In this document: one piece after another, positions 7,941-17,222 of the stretch
Layout of the letters: each line of letters opens with the position of its first letter
Numbering within the stretch: the first letter of the stretch is position 1
Source of the DNA: an uncultured Bifidobacteriaceae bacterium
GTDB lineage: Bacteria > Verrucomicrobiota > Verrucomicrobiia > Limisphaerales > JADLHS01
Assembly: GCA_964502895.1 (NCBI GenBank)
Contig: CAZCZP010000006.1
Span: forward strand, 1 to 38,720
Length of the DNA stretch: 38,720 bases
Direction of reading: 5' to 3'
Translations under genes and position numbers: made by a program
The notes under the pieces: model-generated
Databases searched by the model: none
What the model was told of the DNA's origin: nothing
The model's input: only the letters and a program-made list of their open reading frames with translations

Positions 7941-9689
7941 TTAGCCACCGCGCTTCTTCTTCAATTCCTTCCTCAGCTTCTCCAACGGCAGTGTGTTCAT
8001 CACGTCTGCCTTTTCCAGCCAGCCTTTGCGCGCGACGCCAATTCCGAGGCGCAGGAACATCGCCTGCTCGTTGCGGTGGGCATCCGGGTTGATGACGCAT
8101 TTCACGCCCTTGGATTTTGCGTAAGGCCAGAGCCGCCAATCGAGATCGAAGCGGCGCGGATTGCAGTTCAGTTCGAGCCACGTGGCGGTTTCGGCGCAGG
8201 CGTCAATTACCGCTTCCTGATTCACGGGGTAAGGTTCACGCTCCAACAAGAGCCGTCCGGACAAGTGGCCGAGCATGTGAACGAATTTGTTCTGCGCGGC
8301 GCGGATCAATCGTTTTGTGTTTTCAGCCTCGTTGTTCGCCGGGACGTGCAGGCTGGCGACCACGACATCCAATTCGGCCAGCAGGTCGTCGTCGAAATCC
8401 AACCGGTCCTTGAGCACATCCACTTCCGCGCCGGTCAGGACGCGAAACTCGCTGCCGCGTTGGGCGAGTTGATCGTTGACCTTCTTGATTTCCTTGAGTT
8501 GTTCGCGCAGTCGCGCCGCGTCCAAGCCGTTCGCCTGAAACGAAGATTTCGAGTGATCCGTAATGGCCCAATACTGCAGCCCAAGATCCTCCATGAATTT
8601 TGCAATTTCCTCGGGCCGGCTATGGCCGTCGCTCCAGGTCGAGTGATTGTGCAGCGACCCTTTCAGATCGGTCCATTCGATGAGCCGCGGCAACTCGCCT
8701 TTCTCCGCCGCAACAAACTCGCCATGGTCCTCGCGGATTTCGGGCGGCACGTAGGCTAGGTCAAGCTTCTCGAAAATCTCCGCTTCGTCCTTGCAGGGCA
8801 CGAGCAATGTCGGATCGCGCGTTTCCTCTTTCGACTTGAACAAACCGTATTCGTTGAGCCGCAAGCCGCGCGCGATGGCCCGTTGCCGCATGACGATGTT
8901 GTGCTCCTTGCTCCCGGTGAAGTAGGCGAGCGCAAACGGGAATTCCTTGTCGCTCACCACCCGCAGGTCGCACTGGATGCCGCCCTCGAGAATCACACTG
9001 GCCTTGGTGTCCCCCTTGGCGTTGATCTTGAGAATGCCCGGTTGCGCGACGAAGTGTTCGATCACGGCCTCGGGCTTTTTCGAGGAAGCCAGCAAGTCAA
9101 TGTCGCCGATGATTTCTTTGGAGCGGCGCAAGCTGCCAGCCGTGCTGCAACGAATCACGTCGGGATGCTGGCGCAAACTTTCGAGCAACGGTTCGGCCAC
9201 GCGCAAGGCGTCGCCGAGGAGATGTTTCGCGGCAAACTGGCGGCGTTGTTGAATGCCTCCAAGGATGTTGGCCTGAGTCTTTTCCCCAAAGCCGGCGAGT
9301 TCCGCAACTTTCCCCTCCTTGCAGGCTTGTTCAAGTTTCTCCACCGAATCAATCCCGAGCTGCTTGTTCAAAGCCTGGATTTTTTTGGGGCCCAAGCCGG
9401 GGATGTCGAGCATGGCTGTCAGTCCGGGCGGCATCGAGACCTTCAATTCGTCGTAGTAGATCAACTTCCCCGTTTCGACGAGTTCTTTGATTTTTTTGGC
9501 AATGCCTTCGCCGACGCCCTTGATTTCGCCGATCCGGTCTTCGGCGACAATTTTCGTGAGCGGTTCGGCCAGACTTTCAATGGCACGGGCGGCGTTGGAA
9601 TAGGCGCGGGTCTTGAACGGATTCTCCCCCTTGAGTTCGAGCAAGGTGCCGATCTCGATCAGGATTTCCGCGACTTTGTCTTTGTCCAT
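7941..9689 (-). CDS. polX: DNA polymerase/3'-5' exonuclease PolX (family X polymerase + PHP domain)
   Basis: N-terminal MDKDKVAEILIEIGTLLELKGENPFKTRAYSNAARAI, HhH motifs (IKGVGEGIAKKI, IPGLGPKKI), nucleotidyltransferase IIGDIDLLA, and a C-terminal PHP domain (DLKGSLHNHSTWSDGH). The start is trimmed to ATG 9689. Confidence 0.92.
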   Translation of the reverse strand: MDKDKVAEILIEIGTLLELKGENPFKTRAYSNAARAIESLAEPLTKIVAEDRIGEIKGVGEGIAKKIKELVETGKLIYYDELKVSMPPGLTAMLDIPGLGPKKIQALNKQLGIDSVEKLEQACKEGKVAELAGFGEKTQANILGGIQQRRQFAAKHLLGDALRVAEPLLESLRQHPDVIRCSTAGSLRRSKEIIGDIDLLASSKKPEAVIEHFVAQPGILKINAKGDTKASVILEGGIQCDLRVVSDKEFPFALAYFTGSKEHNIVMRQRAIARGLRLNEYGLFKSKEETRDPTLLVPCKDEAEIFEKLDLAYVPPEIREDHGEFVAAEKGELPRLIEWTDLKGSLHNHSTWSDGHSRPEEIAKFMEDLGLQYWAITDHSKSSFQANGLDAARLREQLKEIKKVNDQLAQRGSEFRVLTGAEVDVLKDRLDFDDDLLAELDVVVASLHVPANNEAENTKRLIRAAQNKFVHMLGHLSGRLLLEREPYPVNQEAVIDACAETATWLELNCNPRRFDLDWRLWPYAKSKGVKCVINPDAHRNEQAMFLRLGIGVARKGWLEKADVMNTLPLEKLRKELKKKRGG

Positions 9690-9799
9690 GCGGGCGAATA
9701 TTAGGTTCTGGCGATTGGGTTGAAAGGGCAAAGTAAACGTGACACACCTGGCTTTTTGCGGGGCGTTGGCCTTGGTTGGCGGCATTGGATTTGCTGACC

Positions 9800-11926
9800 A
9801 TGCATGGGCCGCACCAGGGGTTTCGAGTTGCCGGCCGAGACTTACTGAACAAAACACGCGATATGTTGCCAGAGTTAGCTAATCGCATTTTCTCCTCCGA
9901 TTTCGCAGGGGCATACGGCGAGCAGTATGTGCGCGCTGCGCTGGTGGTTTCGCTTTCGAGTGTATGGTTGCTGGTCGGACTTTTCTATTACATCAACCGT
10001 TACACGCGCCGGGATTACTTCACGATGTGGACAGCGGCCTGGCTGTTCTATGCGCTGTGGCTGACGTTGAGTTTGCAATTGAATCCCAAAGCCAGCCATG
10101 CACCGGGCAGCCTGCCGTTCATGCTCAAACACTTTTGCGTGGCGATCTCGGCCGTCTTCCTTTTGTGGGGCAGCCTGCGTTTCTTGAAACTACCGGTGCG
10201 CCAAACGTTGATCGGTTTGTTCATGCTCTTCCTTATGGCCTGGACCCTGGTCGGTCCCCAGGTGGGAGCAGAAGGGCTGCAACTGGAACTACCCGTGTTT
10301 ATTCTGTTGGGCTCCGGCAGTGTGTTTGCCGGCGTCTGTTTCTTTCGCGTCCGGCAGAAGATGCCCTTTGTGGGCGCCGGCATGTTGTCGCTGGGATTTT
10401 TGCTGTGGGGCGTGTTCCTGGCGAGTTTTCCGTTGTCTCAAGAATTCGGCAAGCAATACGAGAACCTGCATAGTGCGAGCTATTTCGTGGCCGCCGTGCT
10501 CCAGCTTTTCATCGCCGTCAGCATGATCGTTCTGGTGTTGGAAGAAGTGCGTTACAAGAGCGAACAGATGCTGGCCGAAGTGACACAGATCCGCTCTGAA
10601 AAGGAAGCGTTGCAAGCCAAGGTGCTCTCCACCGAGGAACAATATCGAAATCTCTACAGCCAGGTGTTGCACACCGAGGGCAAGCAGAAGGCCTACGACG
10701 AATTGCGCCAGGCCCAGCAGGCGCTGGTTCGTCAGGAACGTCTCCGGGCCCTGGGCGAAATGTCCAGCGGTGTCGCGCACGACATCAACAACCTGCTTTC
10801 GCCCGTGCTCGGTTACTCCGAATTGTTGCTCGACCATCTTCCCGACCTGCCGGAAAAACCGAGACGCTACCTGACCAACATCAACAAAGCCGCCCAGGAC
10901 ATCGCGCAAATTGTCGCGCGCATGCGGGAGTTCTATCGTTCACGGTCGAACCAGGAACAACTGGCCCCCGTTGAGATCAATCAAGTCATTGAAGATGTGA
11001 TCGAGCTGACGCGCCCCCGTTGGCGTGATCTTCCCCAGCGCGAAGGGATTTCCATTCAGCTTCGGACGGAATTGACCGCCCAGTTGCCGCCGCTGATGAG
11101 CGACGCGAGCGAACTCCGCGAAGCGATCACCAATCTCGTATTCAACGCGGTGGATGCCCTGCCCCTGGGTGGGACCATTACGATTGCCACGGGCTTCGCG
11201 GTCAACGCCGGCAACGCACCAAAACCCGACGAACGCCAGCTAAAAGTCGAGGTGCGCGATGACGGAACCGGCATGTCCGAAGAAACGCGGCTGCGATGCT
11301 TGGAGCCGTTCTTTTCCACCAAGGCTCAACGCGGCGGCTCCGGCTTGGGCTTGGCGATGGTGTATGGAATGATGCAGCGACACGAGGGCAGCATCGAAGT
11401 CGAGAGCACGCTGGGCAAAGGCACGTGCGCGCGCCTCATTTTCCCCATTCGCGAGACGACCACTCGCGCGGCGCAACCAACGGTCGCCGACCCGAAGAAG
11501 ACCGGGGGGCTGCGCGTTCTCTGCATTGACGACGAGCCCAACGTGCGGGAACTGGTCGTGGATTGCCTGGGTGGCGTTCATCAAATTGAAACCGCGCCAA
11601 CCGGAAAACTCGGGTTGCAAATGTTCCGGTCTGGACTCAAGGCCCGCCAGCCCTACGACGTGGTGATCACCGACTTGGGCATGCCGGAAGTGGACGGACA
11701 CCAAGTTGCGCGGGAAATCAAAGCCGACTCACCCAAAACGCCCATCATCATGCTCACTGGCTGGGGCACCATGATGAAGCAGGACGGCGAAACGACCGGC
11801 CACGCGGACGCGATCATCGGCAAACCACCGTCCATGAAAGAACTCAACGAGCTGATCCTGCGTTTGAACGCGGGGCGCGAATCCCACTCGCGAGCTACCC
11901 CCGAGAGCGTTGCTTCGGTCGCTTGA
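9800..11926 (+). CDS. Hybrid sensor histidine kinase/response regulator with about 7 N-terminal transmembrane helices
   Basis: About seven hydrophobic helices precede a coiled-coil linker. H-box [23 protein letters not shown]-box [10 protein letters not shown]1 DDGTGM and G2 [10 protein letters not shown] are present. A C-terminal receiver follows ([12 protein letters not shown] ... [14 protein letters not shown]). The start is ambiguous among TTG 9776, ATG 9800 and ATG 9863. Confidence 0.88.
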   Translation: MHGPHQGFRVAGRDLLNKTRDMLPELANRIFSSDFAGAYGEQYVRAALVVSLSSVWLLVGLFYYINRYTRRDYFTMWTAAWLFYALWLTLSLQLNPKASHAPGSLPFMLKHFCVAISAVFLLWGSLRFLKLPVRQTLIGLFMLFLMAWTLVGPQVGAEGLQLELPVFILLGSGSVFAGVCFFRVRQKMPFVGAGMLSLGFLLWGVFLASFPLSQEFGKQYENLHSASYFVAAVLQLFIAVSMIVLVLEEVRYKSEQMLAEVTQIRSEKEALQAKVLSTEEQYRNLYSQVLHTEGKQKAYDELRQAQQALVRQERLRALGEMSSGVAHDINNLLSPVLGYSELLLDHLPDLPEKPRRYLTNINKAAQDIAQIVARMREFYRSRSNQEQLAPVEINQVIEDVIELTRPRWRDLPQREGISIQLRTELTAQLPPLMSDASELREAITNLVFNAVDALPLGGTITIATGFAVNAGNAPKPDERQLKVEVRDDGTGMSEETRLRCLEPFFSTKAQRGGSGLGLAMVYGMMQRHEGSIEVESTLGKGTCARLIFPIRETTTRAAQPTVADPKKTGGLRVLCIDDEPNVRELVVDCLGGVHQIETAPTGKLGLQMFRSGLKARQPYDVVITDLGMPEVDGHQVAREIKADSPKTPIIMLTGWGTMMKQDGETTGHADAIIGKPPSMKELNELILRLNAGRESHSRATPESVASVA

Positions 11927-12012
11927 GTGCAATCCGCTACGCGAACGCAAGGCGCCGCCCCGGCGGGTTTCGTTTTGCCAATTCGCCCCGCACATGGTAT
12001 GGAAACCTTGGC

Positions 12013-12810
12013 ATGCGATCCCGTTCGGACAGCCTTGGTTCGCGACGAAGCCGAAGTGAACCCCACCTCGGACGTAGAGCGTTCACCCTGATCGAACTTC
12101 TGGTGGTCATTGCCATTATCGCGATTCTTGCGGCGATGTTGCTGCCAACGTTTTCGCGGTCAAAACTTGCGGGCCAAGGGACGGCTTGCAAAAGCAATTT
12201 GCGACAACTCGGATTGGCGCTCAAAATGTACACATCAGACACGGGCGCTTACCCCCTCACCTCTGACGGTGTCACGACGAACACGTGGTACACGTCCCTG
12301 TCCCCGTACTATGCCCGCAACTTCAACATCATGAACTGCCCCACGTTCAAAGGAGAATGGCCGGTGGAAAAAGCCATTGTCTGGATTTTTGGCTGGCCCG
12401 GGTACCGTCCGCCTTCAGCGCCGGGACGCTCCTGCGGCCTGAGTTACGGTTACAACGGCTTTGGTGTGAGTTCAGCAAATCAGTCTAGTTGGGTGAACAG
12501 TCTCGGCTTAGGCATGGCGGCAAACCCAGGCCAACTAATTCCTCCGGTTAAAGAACAGGACGTCGCAGCCCCAGCCAGCATGATTGCGATTGGAGACTCT
12601 GTCAGACAACCAGGCTATGAGTATATTCACGCCTTCCTGCTGTTGATCAATAGTACGCCCGCACGAGAACGCCACGACGGCGTCTCAAATATCTTATTCG
12701 CCGACGGACATGTCGAATCTGCGAAACACCGCTTCCTGATGGACACCAACGATTTCAATCGCCGCCGTTGGAACGTAGATCATCAGCCGCACTACGAGGT
12801 TAGTTTCTGA
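12013..12810 (+). CDS. Prepilin-type N-terminal cleavage/methylation domain protein (DUF1559 / H-X9-DG pseudopilin-like)
   Basis: Class-III signal [22 protein letters not shown] after a basic leader. The C-terminal [16 protein letters not shown] motif is typical of the large PVC paralog family. The start is taken at ATG 12013; the ORF extends to TTG 11923, overlapping the kinase stop. Confidence 0.85.
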   Translation: MRSRSDSLGSRRSRSEPHLGRRAFTLIELLVVIAIIAILAAMLLPTFSRSKLAGQGTACKSNLRQLGLALKMYTSDTGAYPLTSDGVTTNTWYTSLSPYYARNFNIMNCPTFKGEWPVEKAIVWIFGWPGYRPPSAPGRSCGLSYGYNGFGVSSANQSSWVNSLGLGMAANPGQLIPPVKEQDVAAPASMIAIGDSVRQPGYEYIHAFLLLINSTPARERHDGVSNILFADGHVESAKHRFLMDTNDFNRRRWNVDHQPHYEVSF

Positions 12811-12849
12811 AGTCCCGGGCTTTGACCGCAAAACCTTGATCGGCAGACC

Positions 12850-13641
12850 ATGCCCCCTTCTCTTCCCTGCGCCCTGACCATCGCCGGCTCGGACAGCGGG
12901 GGCGGCGCGGGCATTCAGGCGGACTTGAAAACCTTCACCGCGCTCGGCGTCCATGGCACCAGCGCCATCACCTGCATCACCGCGCAGAATCCCCGGCGCG
13001 TTACCGGTATTCAGGCAGTCCGTGCCGACATGGTCCGCCGGCAAATCGAAGCCGTGTTCGACGAGCTGCCGCCCCGCGCGGTCAAGACCGGCATGTTGTA
13101 TTCGGCGGAAATCATCGAGGTGGTGGCAGATTTTTTCCGGCGCGGAAAACGACCGCCGCTGGTTGTTGACCCAGTCATGGTCGCGACGAGCGGCGCGGTG
13201 TTGCTGAAGCCTTCGGCTATTCGTGTGTTGAAGGAACGTCTGTTGCCGGTGGCAACACTCGTCACACCGAATCTGCCCGAAGCTGAAATTTTAGTCGGCC
13301 GCAAACTGGCGACGCTTGATCAATTGCAAGGAGCAGCCTGCGAGATTCACAAACACTTCGGTTGCGCAGTCCTGGCCAAAGGCGGCCATCTCACGAACAC
13401 ATCGAAGGCGGTGGACGTATTCTTTGACGGTCGCCGAGTTCGAGTGTTGAGCGCGCCCTTCACTCGCGGCGTTTCGACGCACGGCACAGGTTGCACTTAT
13501 TCCGCAGCCATAGCCGGTTTTCTGGCGCTGGGCCACAACCTGCCGCACGCGATCGAACTGGCCAAGCGCTATATCACTCGCGCGATTTCCCGCAGCCGCA
13601 AGGTCGGCCGCCATTGGGCGCTAAACCCTGGTTGGAATTGA
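12850..13641 (+). CDS. thiD: Bifunctional hydroxymethylpyrimidine/phosphomethylpyrimidine kinase
   Basis: Motifs ALTIAGSDSGGGAGIQADLKTF, VKTGML, VVDPVMVATSG, LVTPNLPEAE and GTGCTYSAAIA. Confidence 0.93.
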   Translation: MPPSLPCALTIAGSDSGGGAGIQADLKTFTALGVHGTSAITCITAQNPRRVTGIQAVRADMVRRQIEAVFDELPPRAVKTGMLYSAEIIEVVADFFRRGKRPPLVVDPVMVATSGAVLLKPSAIRVLKERLLPVATLVTPNLPEAEILVGRKLATLDQLQGAACEIHKHFGCAVLAKGGHLTNTSKAVDVFFDGRRVRVLSAPFTRGVSTHGTGCTYSAAIAGFLALGHNLPHAIELAKRYITRAISRSRKVGRHWALNPGWN

Positions 13642-13730
13642 TGGAATTGCGCCACTGTTCCTTGGGTATTGGCGTATTTATTTTTTCCTGCTTCCTGCCT
13701 GATTGACGAGGGACTAATTTCCCACCGCGC

Positions 13731-14903
13731 ATGAAGCTCAACCACGACCTGCACCTCGCCTACTGCACGAACATCCATCGCGGCGAGACGTGGCAGGAAA
13801 CTTTCAACGCGCTCAAGCATCACACCCTCGCCGTGCGCGGGCGCGTGTGTCCGAATGCGCACTACGCCATCGGCCTGCGCTTGAGCAATCGCGCCGCGAA
13901 CGAGTTGCGCGACCCCGCCACGCTCGTGTCGTTTCAACGCTGGTTGGATGCGAATCAATGCTACATTTTCACGATCAACGGATTTCCCTTCGGCCAGTTT
14001 CATGGGACGCGCGTCAAAGAACAGGTGTATCAGCCGGACTGGACCACGCCGGAGCGGCTGGCCTACACGAATCTGCTGTTTGACCTGCTTGCGCAGCTCG
14101 TGCCCGAGGGGATCGAAGGCAGCGTCAGCACCCTGCCTTGCGGCTTCAAACATTTCCTGACAACTCCGGAACAAATGACATTGGTCCGGGCAAATCTGTG
14201 GAGTTGCGTCGAGCACATTGCCCGGCTAAGCAACCAATCCGGCCGCAAGCTGCACCTGGGCCTCGAACCCGAACCGATGTGCGTCCTGGAATGCAGCGCC
14301 GAAGTGCTGGATTTTTTTGCCCGCATGCACGACGAGCATCCGAACGATCCGCATCTCGCCCAACATCTCGGCGTGAATTATGACACCTGCCATTTCGCCG
14401 TCGAATTCGAGGAACCGCAACGCGCCATCGCTTCCTTGCAGCGACACGGCATCAAGCTCAGCAAGCTGCATCTCAGTTCGGCGCTGAAGGTGCGGCCCAC
14501 AGCCCAAGCACGTCAGGCTCTCGCCGCGTTCGAGGAAGGCGTCTATTTGCATCAGACCGTCGTTCGCCATACCGGCGGGCAGCGGACGATTTATCGCGAC
14601 TTGCCGGACGCCCTGGCCGCCGAAACCAGCGCCGCCGAGACGGACGAATGGCGCATTCATTTTCACATCCCGTTGCACAGCGCGCCCGCGACTTTTTTTG
14701 ACAACACAACCGACCACCTGCTGGGCGTGCTCGATTTGCTCGCCGCAAATCCAGGTCTGTGTCCGCACCTCGAAATGGAAACTTACACGTGGGAGGTTCT
14801 GCCGCCGGAATTGAAGAACCGGGATGTCGTCGAGCAACTCGTAGCCGAGTATGAATGGACGCTCGGGCGTTTGCGGGAACGCGGATTGGCCAGCGCGATA
14901 TGA
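13731..14903 (+). CDS. eboE: Xylose-isomerase-like TIM-barrel protein, EboE-like (metabolite traffic protein EboE family)
   Basis: 390 aa, which is long for a generic sugar-phosphate isomerase/epimerase. The N-terminus LAYCTNIHRGETW and the segment FTINGFPFGQFHG...VK..VY.PDWTT.ERL.YT match my recollection of EboE. A UbiA-family gene follows, as in ebo clusters. The family call is from memory and was not searched. Confidence 0.55.
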   Translation: MKLNHDLHLAYCTNIHRGETWQETFNALKHHTLAVRGRVCPNAHYAIGLRLSNRAANELRDPATLVSFQRWLDANQCYIFTINGFPFGQFHGTRVKEQVYQPDWTTPERLAYTNLLFDLLAQLVPEGIEGSVSTLPCGFKHFLTTPEQMTLVRANLWSCVEHIARLSNQSGRKLHLGLEPEPMCVLECSAEVLDFFARMHDEHPNDPHLAQHLGVNYDTCHFAVEFEEPQRAIASLQRHGIKLSKLHLSSALKVRPTAQARQALAAFEEGVYLHQTVVRHTGGQRTIYRDLPDALAAETSAAETDEWRIHFHIPLHSAPATFFDNTTDHLLGVLDLLAANPGLCPHLEMETYTWEVLPPELKNRDVVEQLVAEYEWTLGRLRERGLASAI

Positions 14904-14950
14904 ATGAGGAACCACACCGGGCGTTTCTGGTGCTTTCCTTTGCCCGGAGT

Positions 14951-15045
14951 TTTCAGTAATCAGTAACCCGTCTTCAGAAGCGCACGCTGCCCACTGAAAG
15001 CCGGCGACCGATCACTGATTATCACTGATTACAGATAACTGATCC
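14951..15045. repeat. Palindromic/tandem repeat element in the EboE-like/UbiA spacer
   Basis: Several repeats overlap here. A tandem cagtaat/cagtaac lies at 14954-14967. A perfect tandem atcactgatt x2 lies at 15011-15030. gtaatcagt (14956-14964) and actgattac (15024-15032) form a 9-bp perfect inverted repeat. tttcagt (14951-14957) and actgaaa (14993-14999) form a 7-bp inverted repeat. Confidence 0.6.
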
Positions 15046-15047
15046 AC

Positions 15048-15923
15048 ATGACCCCGCCGCAACGCACACCCTCGCTTCGCACCCTGCTGGTGCTGGGCCG
15101 CGTTTCCAATCTGCCAACCGTGTGGTCAAACTGCCTCGCCGGCTGGTGGCTGGGCGGCGGCGGAAATTTTTCAAAACTTCCCTTCCTCTTCCTCGGCGTA
15201 ACGCTGCTTTACGTGGGCGGGATGTTTTTGAACGACGCGTTCGACGCGAGCTTCGACCGCCAACACCGGACGGAACGTCCGATTCCGTCCGGCGCCATCG
15301 CCGAGTCGCTGGTCTGGAAACTGGGCGCGCTCGGATTGATCCTCGGCGAACTCTGCCTGATGTGTCTCGGTTTCGTGCCGGGCGCCATTGGCCTGACGTT
15401 GGGTCTATGCATCCTCGTCTATGACGCGTTTCACAAACTGTTCACCTTTTCGCCGGTGTTGATGGGATTATGCCGGTTCTTCGTTTACATTGTGGCGGCG
15501 TCCGCCGGAGCGAACGGCGTAACCGGTTGGGCTGTCTGGTGCGGGCTGGCATTGGGTGCCTACGTCGTGGGCCTGAGCGGACTGGCGCGCATCGAGAGCA
15601 CACGCGGACATCCGCCGCGCTGGCCCGTGTCGCTGCTGTTCCTACCCATCCTGATGGCAATGTTCATCAACGACGGGATTTACCTCGAAGGCGCGCTGAT
15701 CCGTTCCGCCGTGTTGGCGCTATGGATTCTCTACTGCCTGCGCGCCACATTTTGGACCAACAACGTCAACATCGGCCGCAGTGTTTCCGGCCTCCTGGCG
15801 GGAATCGTCATCGTGGACTGGCTCGCCGCGATGAACACACACACACCGCCGGAACTGGGACTGACGTTTCTCTTCCTGTTGCTGGCAGCCAGACTCTCGC
15901 AACGCTATGCTCCGGCCACGTGA
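15048..15923 (+). CDS. UbiA-family integral-membrane prenyltransferase (EboC-like by context)
   Basis: About 8-9 hydrophobic helices. The first Asp-rich motif NDAFDASFDRQHRTERPIPSG (NDxxDxxxD) is present. I cannot recognise a second DxxxD-type motif. Confidence 0.8.
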   Translation: MTPPQRTPSLRTLLVLGRVSNLPTVWSNCLAGWWLGGGGNFSKLPFLFLGVTLLYVGGMFLNDAFDASFDRQHRTERPIPSGAIAESLVWKLGALGLILGELCLMCLGFVPGAIGLTLGLCILVYDAFHKLFTFSPVLMGLCRFFVYIVAASAGANGVTGWAVWCGLALGAYVVGLSGLARIESTRGHPPRWPVSLLFLPILMAMFINDGIYLEGALIRSAVLALWILYCLRATFWTNNVNIGRSVSGLLAGIVIVDWLAAMNTHTPPELGLTFLFLLLAARLSQRYAPAT

Positions 15924-16073
15924 AAAATGCCCGCCCGATTGCGACCCCTTCCGGTCGCCAACCGGCCTTTTCCTGACCCTTCGATGACAATCGCCGCGCA
16001 CCGCGACAATCGGTAAATTTCTTGACGCTTACAGGACCACGTGTTTGCATCACGGCATCAAAATGGAGCCGTT

Positions 16074-17207
16074 ATGAAACAAGTGCTGGTTCTTCTCACC
16101 CTCTCGTCGTTGCTGCTTCCATCCGTCACGCATGGCGCGCAAACCGCCCAGGCAAAGCTGTTTTGTTTGTCCCCTCGCTTTCAGCGTGCTGCCGCGAACG
16201 ACAACATCGGCACTCGCTGGACGATGGACCTGACAACTTTGAACGCGGGCATCAACGGTGAATTGGCCCCGGACTTTGTCACCGGCGGATACTCGAACGG
16301 GGCTTACCTCGAATTGTACGGCGAATTGATAGACGACACTTTTTTTGGCATTATTGGCCTGGACTTGCCGGACTTCGTGGACAGCAACGGTAACGGATTT
16401 TACGATTTTTTCGAGGTTGCCCAAGCCGTGCCTGGACTTCCGGCGGATGGCGCGTTCAGCATCACGGGTTTTGGCGGCGGCGCCTTTACCGCAACCTGGT
16501 CACGCGAAGCTGGGTCGGCGTTCGGCTTCTGCACTTACACGATCCCCAACTCTCTCGGCGGCGGCAATTTGACTTTTATTCACCAGTTTGAATTGCTCGA
16601 ATTTGTCGGTCCGATTTCCTACACGCCAGGAACCAACGCTGTGTCCGCCAGCCTTTCGATCACCAATACAAACTCCCTGACCACACTGGTAGGTCCTGCA
16701 TTGTTCCAAAAGCCGTCCACCACCAACCGATTCAACCAGCTAACGCTCCAAACCGCGTTTTTGACCAATGACTCCCAACAAGTCCTGGATCTTTTCCTCC
16801 CCACTCCTTTCCTACGGCGCACTCCATCCAACTCGACGAACTACTCCGGCAACGTGGAATTCAATGACGGCGACCTGAACACGACCGAGGAAGACTATTA
16901 CACCTGGCAACTCTCGATAAACGATCCCAACGACAGTGATGGCGACGGCATTCCCGACTTCAGCGACGATCCGCAATCGGTCGCACCGCCGCGCCGTCCG
17001 CAACTTTCCCTCACGCGTGGCTCGACGAACCTCCTGCTCAGCATCAGCGGTGATGTCGGCCGGTTGCATCGCATTCTGGAATCCTCCAACCTCGCGAGCG
17101 GCAACTGGACGACCAACTCGTCTTTCACGCTCACGAATGATCCGCAAGTGGTCTCGCTGCCATTGCTCCAAGGCGAAAACCGATTCTGGCGCGTAAACGC
17201 CCAATAG
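16074..17207 (+). CDS. Secreted hypothetical protein with calcium-binding-type Asp loops
   Basis: Signal peptide MKQVLVLLTLSSLLLPSVTHGAQ. Loops DSNGNGFYD and DPNDSDGDGIPDFSDD are thrombospondin type-3-like. The C-terminal beta-rich segment ends in ..GENRFWRV... No enzymatic motif was seen. Confidence 0.6.
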   Translation: MKQVLVLLTLSSLLLPSVTHGAQTAQAKLFCLSPRFQRAAANDNIGTRWTMDLTTLNAGINGELAPDFVTGGYSNGAYLELYGELIDDTFFGIIGLDLPDFVDSNGNGFYDFFEVAQAVPGLPADGAFSITGFGGGAFTATWSREAGSAFGFCTYTIPNSLGGGNLTFIHQFELLEFVGPISYTPGTNAVSASLSITNTNSLTTLVGPALFQKPSTTNRFNQLTLQTAFLTNDSQQVLDLFLPTPFLRRTPSNSTNYSGNVEFNDGDLNTTEEDYYTWQLSINDPNDSDGDGIPDFSDDPQSVAPPRRPQLSLTRGSTNLLLSISGDVGRLHRILESSNLASGNWTTNSSFTLTNDPQVVSLPLLQGENRFWRVNAQ

Positions 17208-17222
17208 CCGCCCTTCGCCCGG

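Noticed and set aside
9690-9857. 56-aa N-terminal extension of PolX in the ORF track. Similar TTG/ATG-extended starts occur for cysK (5285-5344), GH13 (27878-27946), SirB1-like (28800-28916) and the glycosyltransferase (37665-37829).
   Set aside because: The extensions have no counterpart in the respective families. Internal ATGs give canonical N-termini (MDKDKVAEIL.., MGRIYNDI.., MNHPILYEIN.., MEAATAK.., MRILIATV..).
15011-15030. Tandem 10-mer repeat considered as a possible CRISPR or other array
   Set aside because: There are only two abutting copies, with no spacers and no cas genes in the window. It is not a CRISPR array.
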